A DNA stretch of 64,000 bases from Occultella glacieicola (GCF_004353825.1 NZ_SMNA01000002.1:62001-126000), one strand, 5' to 3'. Shown: positions 28,726 to 39,282, counted from the stretch's first letter. Translations and numbers: made by a program. Notes: a model not told the origin generated them from the sequence alone.

Positions 28726-30093
28726 ATGAACCTCAAGACCCTGAAGATCTCGACGGCGGTGCTCGCCGCCGGCGTGCTGCTCGCCGCCTGCGCGCCCGGC
28801 TCGGGCGCCGGCGACCCGACGGAGCCCGAGGACCGGGAGGTCTCCACCGATCTCGCCGCCCTCGGGGACGTCACCCTGACCGTCTGGGACCAGGAGACCC
28901 GCGGCGGCCAGAACGAGCAGATGGAACGGCTCAACGACGCGTTCATGGAGGCGTACCCGAACATCACGATCGAGCGGACCTCACAGTCCTTCGACGACCT
29001 GGAGACCACGCTGCGCGGCGCCATCACCGCCGACGACGCCCCGGACGTGGTGCAGGCGAACAACTCGCGCGGCACCATGGGCGCGTTCGTCGGCGCCGGC
29101 CTGCTCCGGGACCTGACCCCCTACGCGGACGAGTACGGCTGGGCCGACCGGTACCCCCCGTCGGTGCTGGCGGCGTCGACCTATTCCGCGGACGGCGTGA
29201 CGTTCGGCGAGGGCAACATCTACGGACTACCGCAGGTCGGTGAGATCGTCGGGGTGTTCTACTCGCGGACGGCGCTGAGCGCCGCCGGGATCGACGAAGC
29301 GGCCCTGCGCGAGGGCACGTGGGCGGACTTCACGGCGGCGCTGGCGACTGCGCATGCCGCCGGTCAGGTGCCGATCCAGCTCGGCAACCTGGACGGCTGG
29401 CCGGCCGTGCACGTGTTCGGCCCGATCCAGGGCCAGCACGTGCCCGCCGACCAGATCGCCGCACTCGGGCAGGGCAACGCCGGCGCGTCCTGGCTGACCC
29501 CCGAGAACGAGGCCGCGGCCGCCGAACTGCAGTCCTGGGTCGACTCCGGCTACTTCAACGAGGGCCCCAACGGCACCGACTACGACGCCGCCTGGGCCAC
29601 GTTCGGCGAGGGCACCGGCACGTTCCTGATCGGCGGGTCCTGGCTCGCGGCGGACCTCGAGGCGGCCATGGGTGAGGACGTCGGCTTCATGTCGCCGCCG
29701 CCCGCGGAGACCGGGGGCCAGCGGGCCACCACCGGCGCGACCGGACTGCCGTTCGCGGTGACCGAGGCGAGCGCGAACGCCGACGCCGCGGCCGGGTACA
29801 TCGACTTCATCACCAGTGACGACGCGATGGCGATCCTCGCCGAGACCGGCAACATGCCCGTGAACCGGACCGCCGAGCTGGCTCCGGAGTCCGGCGTGAA
29901 CGCGGACATCTTCGCCGCGTTCGGCGACGTCAGCGAGAACGGGCACCTGCTGCCCTACCTGGACTGGGCGACCCCGACCATGGGCGACACGATCGGCGCG
30001 GCGCTGCAGGACCTGATCGCGGGCCAGACCGACCCGGCGCAGTTCACGCAGGCGCTCGAGGACGACTACAGCGCGTTCGTCGAGCAGGGCTGA
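28726..30093 (+). CDS. Sugar ABC transporter substrate-binding lipoprotein
   Basis: Lipobox LAAC; AFMEAYPNITIE. Confidence 0.9.
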   Translation: MNLKTLKISTAVLAAGVLLAACAPGSGAGDPTEPEDREVSTDLAALGDVTLTVWDQETRGGQNEQMERLNDAFMEAYPNITIERTSQSFDDLETTLRGAITADDAPDVVQANNSRGTMGAFVGAGLLRDLTPYADEYGWADRYPPSVLAASTYSADGVTFGEGNIYGLPQVGEIVGVFYSRTALSAAGIDEAALREGTWADFTAALATAHAAGQVPIQLGNLDGWPAVHVFGPIQGQHVPADQIAALGQGNAGASWLTPENEAAAAELQSWVDSGYFNEGPNGTDYDAAWATFGEGTGTFLIGGSWLAADLEAAMGEDVGFMSPPPAETGGQRATTGATGLPFAVTEASANADAAAGYIDFITSDDAMAILAETGNMPVNRTAELAPESGVNADIFAAFGDVSENGHLLPYLDWATPTMGDTIGAALQDLIAGQTDPAQFTQALEDDYSAFVEQG

Positions 30094-30155
30094 GCGGGTT
30101 TGAACAGGTTGCCGGGACCGACGGCGGTGGGCCGGGTACCGGGGGTGGGTGAGCG

Positions 30156-31025
30156 ATGAGGCACCAGCGCCGCTACCTGCCGTACCTGTACCTGACTCCC
30201 GCCCTGCTGCTCTTCGGCACCTTCCTGCTCTACCCGCTGGTGCGGTCGGCGCAGTTCTCGCTGTTCTCCTGGGACGGGCTGGGGGCCTCGGAGTTCGTCG
30301 GGTTCGACAACTACGTCGAGCTGTTCACCGACGAGGTGCTTCGGGCCGCGTTCGGGCACGCGCTCGTGCTGATCCTCTTCTTCAGCGTGCTGCCGCTGGG
30401 GCTCGGCCTCGTGATCGCGGCGATCCTGAACCGGGGCCAGGTGCGGGGCCTGGGGCTGTTCCGGACCGTGGTGTTCCTGCCCCAGGTGCTCGCGATGGTC
30501 GTCGTGGCCGTCGCCTGGCGGCAGATCTACGCACCGAACGGCACCCTGAACACGGCGCTGCGCGCCGTCGGGCTCGACGAGCTCACCCGCACCTGGCTCG
30601 GTGACTACACCTGGACCCTGCCGGCGGTGGGCATGGTGGGCACCTGGGTGCAGACCGGGCTGGTGACGGTGCTGCTGCTCGCCGGAATGGGCCGGGTTCC
30701 GCGGGACCTCTTCGAGGCGGCCCGACTCGACGGCGCGGGTGCGGTCCGGGAGTTCTTCGCGATCACGCTGCCGAGTGTGCGCGGGGAGATCGCGGTGGCG
30801 CTGACCCTGACGATCGTGGCCGCCCTGAAGACGTTCGACCTGGTCTACGTGACCACCGGCGGCGGTCCGGGCAACTCGACCACGGTGCCCGCCTACGAGG
30901 TGTTCCAGCGGGCGTTCCGGGAGGGCGCGGTGGGCTCGGCGGCCGCGATCGCCATCGCCCTGACCGCGATCATCTTCGTGCTGAACGTGATCGTGAACCG
31001 GATCGCCGAAGGGCGGGAGGAATGA
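30156..31025 (+). CDS. Sugar ABC transporter permease
   Basis: EAARLDGA loop. Confidence 0.92.
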   Translation: MRHQRRYLPYLYLTPALLLFGTFLLYPLVRSAQFSLFSWDGLGASEFVGFDNYVELFTDEVLRAAFGHALVLILFFSVLPLGLGLVIAAILNRGQVRGLGLFRTVVFLPQVLAMVVVAVAWRQIYAPNGTLNTALRAVGLDELTRTWLGDYTWTLPAVGMVGTWVQTGLVTVLLLAGMGRVPRDLFEAARLDGAGAVREFFAITLPSVRGEIAVALTLTIVAALKTFDLVYVTTGGGPGNSTTVPAYEVFQRAFREGAVGSAAAIAIALTAIIFVLNVIVNRIAEGREE

Positions 31026-31840
31026 GCACCTCCGCCGCCGAGCGCGCCGTCAACTACGTGATCCTCATCGTGTTCGCCGCGTTCGCGCTCGCCCCGATCG
31101 TGACGGTGCTGGCCGCGGCCCTCTCACCGCAGTCCGGCGCCGAGTCCGCCGGGCTCGCTGGCCTGCACCCGGGCAACTTCGTGGACGCCTGGAGCGAGGG
31201 TGAGTTCTCCCGGTACCTGCGCACCTCCGTGCTGGTGGCCGTGACCGTGGTGTCGGTGGCCGTGATCGCGTCCATCCTGTCCGGGTTCGCGTTCGGCACC
31301 ATGAGGTTCGGCGGGTCCCGGGTGCTCTTCTACCTGTTCCTGCTCGGCATCATGGTGCCGGCCGAGGCGATCGTGGTGCCGCTGTTCTACGACCTGCGCG
31401 AGGTCGGCCTGACGAACACCCTGTGGGCGGTGGCGCTGCCGCAGATCGCCCAGTCGATCGCGTTCGGCACCTACTGGATGCGCGCGTACTTCCGCACCAG
31501 CCCACCCTCGCTGATCGAGGCCGCCACCCTCGACGGGGCGAGCCCGCGCCGGGTGCTGTGGTCGATCCTGGTGCCGATCGGCCGGCCGGCCGTGATGACG
31601 CTGACCGTCCTGGCGTTCATGTGGACCTGGAACGAGTTCCTGATCCCGCTGGTGATGAGCCCGAACGGGGACTTCCGCACGGCGCCGCTGGCCCTGGCGA
31701 TCTTCAAGGGCCAGCACGTGCAGGCGACCGCGCTGCTGGCCGCGGCCGCGGTGCTGGTGGCGCTGCCCGTGGTCATCGTGTACCTGTTCGCGCAGCGGCA
31801 CTTCATCCGGGGCATGCTGGAGGGTGCCGTGCGCGAGTAG
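31022..31840 (+). CDS. Sugar ABC transporter permease
   Basis: EAATLDGA loop; WTWNEFL. Confidence 0.92.
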   Translation: MSTSAAERAVNYVILIVFAAFALAPIVTVLAAALSPQSGAESAGLAGLHPGNFVDAWSEGEFSRYLRTSVLVAVTVVSVAVIASILSGFAFGTMRFGGSRVLFYLFLLGIMVPAEAIVVPLFYDLREVGLTNTLWAVALPQIAQSIAFGTYWMRAYFRTSPPSLIEAATLDGASPRRVLWSILVPIGRPAVMTLTVLAFMWTWNEFLIPLVMSPNGDFRTAPLALAIFKGQHVQATALLAAAAVLVALPVVIVYLFAQRHFIRGMLEGAVRE

Positions 31841-31899
31841 CGGACGTAATCTGGGACCCCGGCCGCGACGGCGCGGCCCCGAGATGGAGGTGGTCCCCC

Positions 31900-32292
31900 A
31901 TGACCGGTCGTGTGGTGCACTTCGAGATCCCGTTCGACGACGGTGACCGGGCCCGCGGCTTCTACCGCGACATCTTCGGCTGGCAGATCGAGACCGTCTC
32001 CGGCTTCGACTACTCCTTCGTCGCCACCGGCCCGAGCTCGCCCGACCAGGGGCCCACCGAGCCCGGCTACATCGGTGGCGGCATGATGCAGCGCGAGGGC
32101 CCGATCGACAAGCCGGTGATCACGATCGACACGACGGACATCGACGCCACCCTGGAGAAGGTGGGTGCCGCCGGCGGCGCGACCGTGCTCGGCAAGACCG
32201 AGATCGGTCAGGACATGGGTTTCACCGCCTACATCACCGACACCGAAGGCAACCTGATCGGCCTGTACCAGAGCGCACGGAAGGGCGGGTGA
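31900..32292 (+). CDS. VOC/glyoxalase family protein
   Basis: MTGRVVHFEIP, FYRDIFGW, DTEGNLIGL; GGAGG RBS. Confidence 0.9.
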   Translation: MTGRVVHFEIPFDDGDRARGFYRDIFGWQIETVSGFDYSFVATGPSSPDQGPTEPGYIGGGMMQREGPIDKPVITIDTTDIDATLEKVGAAGGATVLGKTEIGQDMGFTAYITDTEGNLIGLYQSARKGG

Positions 32293-32347
32293 GGCTCACC
32301 CGAATTCGATTCGGTCGCGCCCCCGCGATCTGGGATGATCTGGAACC

Positions 32348-35038
32348 ATGACTTCCAGCGCCTCCTCCACCCGTCCCGCACCAGCTCCGACCGAGGCCAT
32401 CCGCCCGGTCGCGCAGGTACCGGACAAGCCCTCCCTTGAGGGTCTGGAGGACCGGTGGGGTGCGACCTGGGCGCAGGAGCAGACGTACGCGTTCGACCGC
32501 TCCGCGACCCGCGAACAGGTGTACTCGATCGACACCCCGCCGCCCACTGTGTCCGGCTCGCTGCACATCGGTCACGTGTTCTCCTACACGCACACCGACG
32601 TGGTGGCCCGGTTCCAGCGGATGCGCGGGCGCGAGGTGTTCTACCCGATGGGCTGGGACGACAACGGCCTGCCCACCGAGCGCCGGGTGCAGAACTACTA
32701 CGGGGTGCGGTGCGACCCGTCGCTGCCGTACGTGGAGAACTTCACTCCCCCGCACGACGGCGGCGACGGCAAGTCCGTGAAGGCCGCGGACCAGCAGCCC
32801 ATCTCCCGGCGCAACTTCGTGGAACTGTGCGAGCGGCTCACGGCCGAGGACGAGCAGCAGTTCGAGAAGCTGTGGCGCCATCTCGGGCTGAGCGTGGACT
32901 GGTCGCAGCACTACCAGACCATCGGCGCGCGGGCCCAGAGGGTCGCGCAGACCGCGTTCCTGCGCAACCTCGCACGTGGCGAGGCGTACCAGGCGGCGGC
33001 GCCCGGACTGTGGGACGTGACGTTTCAGACGGCGGTCGCGCAGGCAGAGCTGGAGGCACGGGACTACCCGGGCCACTTCCACAAGATCACGTTCCATACC
33101 CCCGACGGCGAGCGCGTGATCATCGAGACCACTCGCCCCGAGTTGCTCCCGGCCTGTGTGGCACTGATCGCGCACCCGGACGACGAGCGGTACACCCACC
33201 TGTTCGGCACCACCGTGACCTCCCCGCTGTTCGGTGTGGAACTGCCGGTGCTCGCGCACCCGGCCGCCGAGCCGGACAAGGGCGCCGGGATCGCGATGTG
33301 CTGCACGTTCGGTGACCTCACTGACGTGACCTGGTGGCGTGAGCTGCAGCTGCCCACCCGGCCGGTCATCGCCCGGGACGGACGCCTGGTGCCAGAGATC
33401 CCGGACTGGCTCACCACCGAGGCGGGCCGCGCGACGTACGCCGAGATCGGCGGCAAGACGACGTTCTCGGCACGCGCCGCCGTCGTCGATGCGTTGCGCT
33501 CCAGCGGCGACCTGGTCGGCGAGCCCGTGGCCACCCAGCGCAAGGCGAACTTCTTCGAGAAGGGCGACAAGCCGCTCGAGATCGTCACCTCCCGGCAGTG
33601 GTACATCCGCAACGGTGGCCGTGAGGCGCCGGGGCGGGACCTGCGCGGCGAACTGCTCGCCCGCGGTGCCGAGCTCGACTTCAACCCCGAGTTCATGCGG
33701 GTGCGGTACGCGAACTGGGTCAGCGGCCTGAACGGGGACTGGTTGGTCTCCCGACAGCGGTTCTTCGGCGTGGCGATCCCACTCTGGTACCCGGTCGGCG
33801 CGGACGGCGAGGTCGACCACGACCACCCGATCGTCCCGGCCGAGGCGACCCTGCCGGTGGACCCGTCCTCGCACGTGCCCGCCGGGTACACCGAGGACCA
33901 GCGCGGCGTGCCGGGCGGCTTCGTGGGCGACCCGGACATCATGGACACCTGGGCGACGTCCTCGCTGAGCCCGCAGATCGCCGGCGGCTGGCTGGAGGAC
34001 GAGGACCTGTTCGGCCGGGTGTTCCCGATGGATGTGCGCCCGCAGGGGCAGGACATCATCCGGACCTGGCTGTTCTCGACCGTGGTCCGCTCGCACCTGG
34101 AGTTCGACACCCTGCCCTGGCAGCATGCCGCGATCTCCGGCTGGATCCTGGACCCGGACCGCAAGAAGATGTCGAAGTCCAAGGGCAACGTGGTGACCCC
34201 GATGGGGCTGCTGGTCGAGCACGGTTCCGATGCGGTGCGGTACTGGTCGGCCTCCGCCCGGCTCGGCACCGACGCCTCGTTCGATCCGCAGCGGCCCACC
34301 CAGATGAAGATCGGGCGCCGGCTCGCGATCAAGATCCTGAACGCCTCGAAGTTCGCTCTCTCGTTCGCCGGGGACTCCCCCGTGACGCTGGACCCGGCCG
34401 CGGTCACGGAGCCGATCGACCGGGCCGTCCTGCGCGCGCTCGCGGACGTCGTGGACACCGCCACCGAGTCGCTCGAGTCCTACGACCACACCCGGGCCCT
34501 GGAGGTGTCCGAGACGTTCTTCTGGACGTTCTGCGACGACTACCTGGAGCTGGTCAAGGACCGGGCGTACGGCCGCGAGGGCATGGACCCGGATGCGGTG
34601 GCCTCCGCCCGAGCGGCCCTGTGGCTCGCCCTGGACGTAATCCTGCGCCTGTTCGCCCCGGTGCTGCCGTACGCCACCGAGGAGGTCTGGTCGTGGTGGC
34701 GGGACGGTTCGGTGCACCGCGCCGCCTGGCCCACCTCCGACGTGCTGCGCGAGGCCGCCGGTGATGGCGACCCCGAGTTGGTCGCCGTGGCCGGCGCCGC
34801 CCTGGCCGCACTGCGCAAGGTGAAGTCCGAGGCCAAGGTGTCCCAGCGGACGAAGTTCGCCTCGGCCGAGCTGACCCTGGACGCGGCGCAGCACGACCGG
34901 GTCCTGGCCGTGCTGCCGGATCTTCGCGCCGCCGGGGGTGTGGCCGGGGAACTCACCCTGGTCGCAGCGGAGGCCGGCCCGGACACCGTGGGCGTCACCG
35001 TCGCCGGGGACCTCCTGCCTGCCGAGCCGAAGCGGTAG
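32348..35038 (+). CDS. valS: Valine--tRNA ligase
   Basis: DTPPPTVSGSLHIGH, TTRPEL, KMSKSKGN. Confidence 0.96.
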   Translation: MTSSASSTRPAPAPTEAIRPVAQVPDKPSLEGLEDRWGATWAQEQTYAFDRSATREQVYSIDTPPPTVSGSLHIGHVFSYTHTDVVARFQRMRGREVFYPMGWDDNGLPTERRVQNYYGVRCDPSLPYVENFTPPHDGGDGKSVKAADQQPISRRNFVELCERLTAEDEQQFEKLWRHLGLSVDWSQHYQTIGARAQRVAQTAFLRNLARGEAYQAAAPGLWDVTFQTAVAQAELEARDYPGHFHKITFHTPDGERVIIETTRPELLPACVALIAHPDDERYTHLFGTTVTSPLFGVELPVLAHPAAEPDKGAGIAMCCTFGDLTDVTWWRELQLPTRPVIARDGRLVPEIPDWLTTEAGRATYAEIGGKTTFSARAAVVDALRSSGDLVGEPVATQRKANFFEKGDKPLEIVTSRQWYIRNGGREAPGRDLRGELLARGAELDFNPEFMRVRYANWVSGLNGDWLVSRQRFFGVAIPLWYPVGADGEVDHDHPIVPAEATLPVDPSSHVPAGYTEDQRGVPGGFVGDPDIMDTWATSSLSPQIAGGWLEDEDLFGRVFPMDVRPQGQDIIRTWLFSTVVRSHLEFDTLPWQHAAISGWILDPDRKKMSKSKGNVVTPMGLLVEHGSDAVRYWSASARLGTDASFDPQRPTQMKIGRRLAIKILNASKFALSFAGDSPVTLDPAAVTEPIDRAVLRALADVVDTATESLESYDHTRALEVSETFFWTFCDDYLELVKDRAYGREGMDPDAVASARAALWLALDVILRLFAPVLPYATEEVWSWWRDGSVHRAAWPTSDVLREAAGDGDPELVAVAGAALAALRKVKSEAKVSQRTKFASAELTLDAAQHDRVLAVLPDLRAAGGVAGELTLVAAEAGPDTVGVTVAGDLLPAEPKR

Positions 35039-35048
35039 TCCCGCTCGT

Positions 35049-35194
35049 GAGGGCGCGGTCCTGCGGCGCATCCGGCCGTTGCGCCGCAGGACTGCACGCT
35101 CGCCGGAGTAACCCCCGGGCCGCGCAGCCACCACACCCGCGAGGGTGTCATTCTGCGGCGCCACCGCCCGTTGCGCCGCAAGACCGCGCGCTCG
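35049..35194. repeat. Two REP-like palindromic units (35049-35101 and 35139-35194)
   Basis: Shared core CTGCGGCGC...CCGTTGCGCCGCA(G/A)GAC; each unit folds into a hairpin. Confidence 0.65.
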
Positions 35195-35221
35195 TAGCGC
35201 GGGCACCCAGGATCGGGTTGA

Positions 35222-36520
35222 ATGGCGCCCGTGAATCCTGCGCACGCGTGGCTGACCCACGCCCGGTTCGGCATGTTCGTCCACTGGGGGCTGTACTCCC
35301 TGGCCGCCCGGCACGAGTGGGTGATGAACCGTGAGCGGACCCCGCTGGCCGACTACGAGCGGTACGCGACCCGATTCGAGGCGGACCGCTACGACCCGCG
35401 TGCCTGGGCCAGGGCCGCGAAGGCTGCGGGCATGGAGTACGTGGTGCTGACCACGAAGCACCATGAGGGGTTCTGCCTGTGGGACTCCGCCCTCACCGAG
35501 TACAAGGCGACGAACACGCCGTTCGGGCGGGACGCCGTCGCCGAGTTCGTCGAGGCGGTCCGCGCCGAAGGGCTGCGGGTCGGCTTCTACCACTCGCTCA
35601 TCGACTGGCATCACCCGGACTTCACCATCGACGGCGCCCACCCGCGTCGTGACGACGCCGACGTGGCCGCTCAGAACGCGGGGCGGGACATGGGGCGCTA
35701 TCGCGAGTACCTGCACGGACAGGTCCGCGAACTGCTGACCGGTTACGGGCGGGTCGACTACCTGTTCTTCGACTTCTCCTACCCGGACGCGTTCGGTGGC
35801 TCGGACCTGCCCGGCAAGGGCGCCGCGGACTGGGATGCCGAGAATCTGCTCGCGCTGGTCCGCGAGTTGCAGCCGGACATCATCGTCAACGACCGGCTCG
35901 GCATCCCCGGCGACCTGATCACCCCGGAGCAGTACCAGCCGACCGGCCCGATGGAGCGCGACGGGGCGCCGGTCGTCTGGGAGGCGTGCCAGACGCTGAA
36001 CGGGTCCTGGGGCTACGACCGGGACAACCACGACTACAAGGCCCCCGACCTGCTGGTGCGGATGCTGATCGACGGCGTCGCCAAGGACGGCAACCTGCTG
36101 CTGAACGTCGGGCCGACCGGGCGGGGCGACCTGGACCCGCGGGCCGTCGAGTCCCTCGCCGGGATCGGTGCCTGGATGGACACCCACGCCCGCGCGATCC
36201 GCGGGGCCGGGGCCACCGACCTGGTTCCCCCGCCGGATGCCCGCTACACCCGTGCCGGTGACCGGCTCTACCTGCACCTGTTCGCGTGGCCGTTCGGGCA
36301 CGTGCACCTGCCGGGGCTCGCCGGGAAGGTCAGGTACGCCCAGTTCCTGCATGACGCCTCCGAGGTGGCCTACTCCGAGATCGATCCGGACCAGGCCGGC
36401 TGGAACACCACTCCGGACGGGCCGGCACCCGGCACCCTGACGTTGACGCTGCCGGTGCGACGTCCGGACGTGGCGGTTCCCGTGGTGGAACTGTTTCTGG
36501 GTCCGACGGCGGCCGGCTGA
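35222..36520 (+). CDS. Alpha-L-fucosidase (GH29)
   Basis: FGMFVHWGLYS, TTKHHEGFCLW, WEACQTLNGSWGY, GNLLLNVGP. Confidence 0.93.
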   Translation: MAPVNPAHAWLTHARFGMFVHWGLYSLAARHEWVMNRERTPLADYERYATRFEADRYDPRAWARAAKAAGMEYVVLTTKHHEGFCLWDSALTEYKATNTPFGRDAVAEFVEAVRAEGLRVGFYHSLIDWHHPDFTIDGAHPRRDDADVAAQNAGRDMGRYREYLHGQVRELLTGYGRVDYLFFDFSYPDAFGGSDLPGKGAADWDAENLLALVRELQPDIIVNDRLGIPGDLITPEQYQPTGPMERDGAPVVWEACQTLNGSWGYDRDNHDYKAPDLLVRMLIDGVAKDGNLLLNVGPTGRGDLDPRAVESLAGIGAWMDTHARAIRGAGATDLVPPPDARYTRAGDRLYLHLFAWPFGHVHLPGLAGKVRYAQFLHDASEVAYSEIDPDQAGWNTTPDGPAPGTLTLTLPVRRPDVAVPVVELFLGPTAAG

Positions 36521-36582
36521 GTCCGGCGCGCGTGCGCGCCTCATCCTGATCACAGCTCCAAGCACCTGAAAGGTCCGTTGAC

Positions 36583-38886
36583 ATGGTCGTCACCGTTTCC
36601 GACATCCCCCGCCTCCTCGCCGAACTCACCCTCGAGGAGAAGGCGTCGTTGCTGTCCGGCTCCGACTTCTGGCACACCCAGGCCGTCGACCGGCTCGGAA
36701 TCCCGGCCGTGATGCTGACCGACGGGCCGCACGGGTTGCGCAAGCAGGCCGGCGCGACCGACCACCTCGGCCTGAACGACTCGGTGCCGGCCACCTGCTT
36801 CCCGTCCGCCGCCGGGCTCGGCTCCACCTGGGACCCGGACCTGCTCCGCCGGGTCGGGCAGGCGCTCGGCGCGGAGACCCTCGCCAACGACGTGGCCGTG
36901 CTGCTCGGCCCGGGCATCAACATGAAGCGCAGCCCCTTGTGCGGGCGGAACTTCGAGTACGTCGCCGAGGACCCGCACCTGGCCGGCGAACTCGCGGCGC
37001 CGCTGGTCGAGGGCATCCAGTCCCAGGGGGTCGGCACCTCGCTGAAGCACTTCGCCGCGAACAACCAGGAGACCGACCGGATGCGCATCTCGGCCGAGGT
37101 CGATGAGCGGACCCTCCGGGAGATCTACCTGCCGGCCTTCGAGAAGGTCGTCACCCGCGCCCAGCCGTGGACGGTGATGTGTTCCTACAACAGGATCAAC
37201 GGCACCTATGCCTCGCAGGACCCCTGGCTGCTCACCGACGTGCTCCGCAGCGAGTGGGGCTTCGAGGGGCTCGTGGTCTCCGACTGGGGCGCGGTGGACG
37301 ACCGGGTCGCCGGCGTCGCCGCAGGCCTCGACCTGGAGATGCCGGCCTCGGACGGGATCAACGACGCGCGAGTGGTCGAGGCAGTGCGCTCGGGCGACCT
37401 CGCCGAGGCCGACCTCGACCGTGCCGTGGCCCGGGTCCTCCACCTGGTCGCGCGCTCGCAGGCCGCCCGGGCCGAACCGGGCACCACGGATCATGAGGCG
37501 AACCATGCCCTGGCCCGCGAGGCGGCGACCCGCGCCGCGGTGCTGCTGAAGAACGACGACGGCGCGCTCCCACTGGAGCGCGGGTCGCTGCCGGCCACCA
37601 CGGTCGTCATCGGTGAGATGGCACGCACGCCGCGCTACCAGGGCGCCGGGTCCTCACAGGTGAACCCGACCCGGCTGGTGAGCGCTCTGGACGCCCTGCG
37701 TGAGCAGGGCCTCGACGTGCCGTTCGCCCCGGGCTACGTGCTCGCGGAGGCGAGCACCGCCGTCGGGCAGGAGCGCAGCGACGTCGACCTGAGGCGCGAG
37801 GCCGTCGAGCTGGCCACCGGGCGAACGGCGGTGCTGTTCCTCGGCCTGCCCGCGATCGATGAGTCCGAGGGCTACGACCGTGCCCACCTGGACCTGCCGG
37901 CCAGCCACATCGCGCTGCTCGCGGACGTCGCCGCCGTGGCCGACCGCACGATCGTGCTGCTGTCCAACGGGTCCGCCGTGGCCGTGGCCGACTGGCAGGA
38001 GCATGCCGACGCGATCCTCGAACTCTGGCTCGGCGGACAGGCCGGCGGCCCGGCCGCGGTCGACCTCCTGCTCGGCGACGCCGCGCCGTCCGGCCGGTTG
38101 GCCGAGTCGATCCCGGAGCGGCTCGCGGACGTCCCCGCGCAACTGAACTTCCCGGGTGAGAACGGGGTGGTGCGCTACGGCGAGGGCATCTTCATCGGAT
38201 ACCGCGGCCTGGACGCGACGGGCGCCGCCGTGTCCTACCCGTTCGGGCACGGCCTGACCTACACCACGTTCGCCTACGCCGACCTCGCCGTCGACGGCGG
38301 CCCCGTGACCGAGGCCACGGGCGCCGACGACGTCGTGGTCCGCGTGCGGGCCGTGGTCACCAACACCGGTGGGCGAGCGGGCGCCGCCGTCCCGCAGCTG
38401 TACGTCGGCCGGCCGGACTCGCTGCTCGCCCGGGCACCACGTGAGCTGCGGGGCTTCGCCCGGCTCGAGCTCGCGCCCGGCGAGTCCCGGCCGGTCGAGT
38501 TCACCCTGACCCGGCGTGACCTCAGCCACTGGGACACGGTCACCCGCGGCTGGTCGGTCGAGCCGGGGGCGCTGGAGGTCTCGGTGGGCGCATCGTCGCG
38601 GGACCTGCCCCTGCGCGCGGTGCTGCCGCTGGAGGCGCCGGCGCGCCGGGCGCCCCTCACCGGGTACTCGACGATCGGCGAATGGGTCGCCGATCCCGAG
38701 GCGGGGCCGGCACTGATCGGGGCGATGGGCGAGTTCGGGGCCATGTTCGGCCCGGACAGCCCGGACGCGTCGATGGCCGCGTTCCTGACCTCGATGCCCG
38801 TGGTCAAGGTGCCACTGATGGGGATGAGCCGGGCCCTCACCGTCGAGACGCTCGAGGACCTGATCGCCCGGTACGGGACGCGCTGA
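36583..38886 (+). CDS. Beta-glucosidase (GH3) with Fn3-like domain
   Basis: DGPHGLR, GRNFEY, KHFAAN, VVSDWG, YPFGHGL. Confidence 0.93.
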   Translation: MVVTVSDIPRLLAELTLEEKASLLSGSDFWHTQAVDRLGIPAVMLTDGPHGLRKQAGATDHLGLNDSVPATCFPSAAGLGSTWDPDLLRRVGQALGAETLANDVAVLLGPGINMKRSPLCGRNFEYVAEDPHLAGELAAPLVEGIQSQGVGTSLKHFAANNQETDRMRISAEVDERTLREIYLPAFEKVVTRAQPWTVMCSYNRINGTYASQDPWLLTDVLRSEWGFEGLVVSDWGAVDDRVAGVAAGLDLEMPASDGINDARVVEAVRSGDLAEADLDRAVARVLHLVARSQAARAEPGTTDHEANHALAREAATRAAVLLKNDDGALPLERGSLPATTVVIGEMARTPRYQGAGSSQVNPTRLVSALDALREQGLDVPFAPGYVLAEASTAVGQERSDVDLRREAVELATGRTAVLFLGLPAIDESEGYDRAHLDLPASHIALLADVAAVADRTIVLLSNGSAVAVADWQEHADAILELWLGGQAGGPAAVDLLLGDAAPSGRLAESIPERLADVPAQLNFPGENGVVRYGEGIFIGYRGLDATGAAVSYPFGHGLTYTTFAYADLAVDGGPVTEATGADDVVVRVRAVVTNTGGRAGAAVPQLYVGRPDSLLARAPRELRGFARLELAPGESRPVEFTLTRRDLSHWDTVTRGWSVEPGALEVSVGASSRDLPLRAVLPLEAPARRAPLTGYSTIGEWVADPEAGPALIGAMGEFGAMFGPDSPDASMAAFLTSMPVVKVPLMGMSRALTVETLEDLIARYGTR

Positions 38887-38888
38887 CC

Positions 38889-39282
38889 TCAGGGGTGCCC
38901 CGTGGCCTCCGCGTCGCCGATGTGGCCCGGCGCGTTCACGGCGAGCACCCGCTGGACGAACCCGCTGTACTCCTCCATGTAGTGCCGCAGGAAGTCCGCG
39001 GTCGAGGGGTCCGTGCACTCGCCGTCGTCGGCGAAGTCATCGGGCTTGAACGTGATGTAGGCCTCGGGCGCGTTCAACTGGGGGGCGTCGAGGAAGCTCA
39101 GCACGCTGCGCATCGACGACTGCATGACGGCGGTGCCGATGCCGCCGATCGAGGCACCGATGATCCCGCTCGGTTTGCGAGCGAAGGAATTCGTGCCCCA
39201 CGGGCGCGAACCCCAGTCGATCGCGTTCTTCAGCGCGCCCGGGATCGAGGCTCCCCACGAAGTAGCCGATCTTGAAGGCCAT
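38889..39282 (-). pseudogene. NADPH-dependent FMN reductase with internal deletion and frameshift
   Basis: MAFKIGYFVGSL is joined out of frame to SIPGALKNAIDWGSRPWG...; the segment carrying PEYN is missing. Confidence 0.85.

Noticed and set aside
32293..32347. T-box leader for valS
   Set aside because: Only 55 bp intergenic and no T-box motif.
32234..36565. 1443-aa minus-strand ORF
   Set aside because: Antisense shadow of valS and the fucosidase; no motifs; typical of high-GC DNA.
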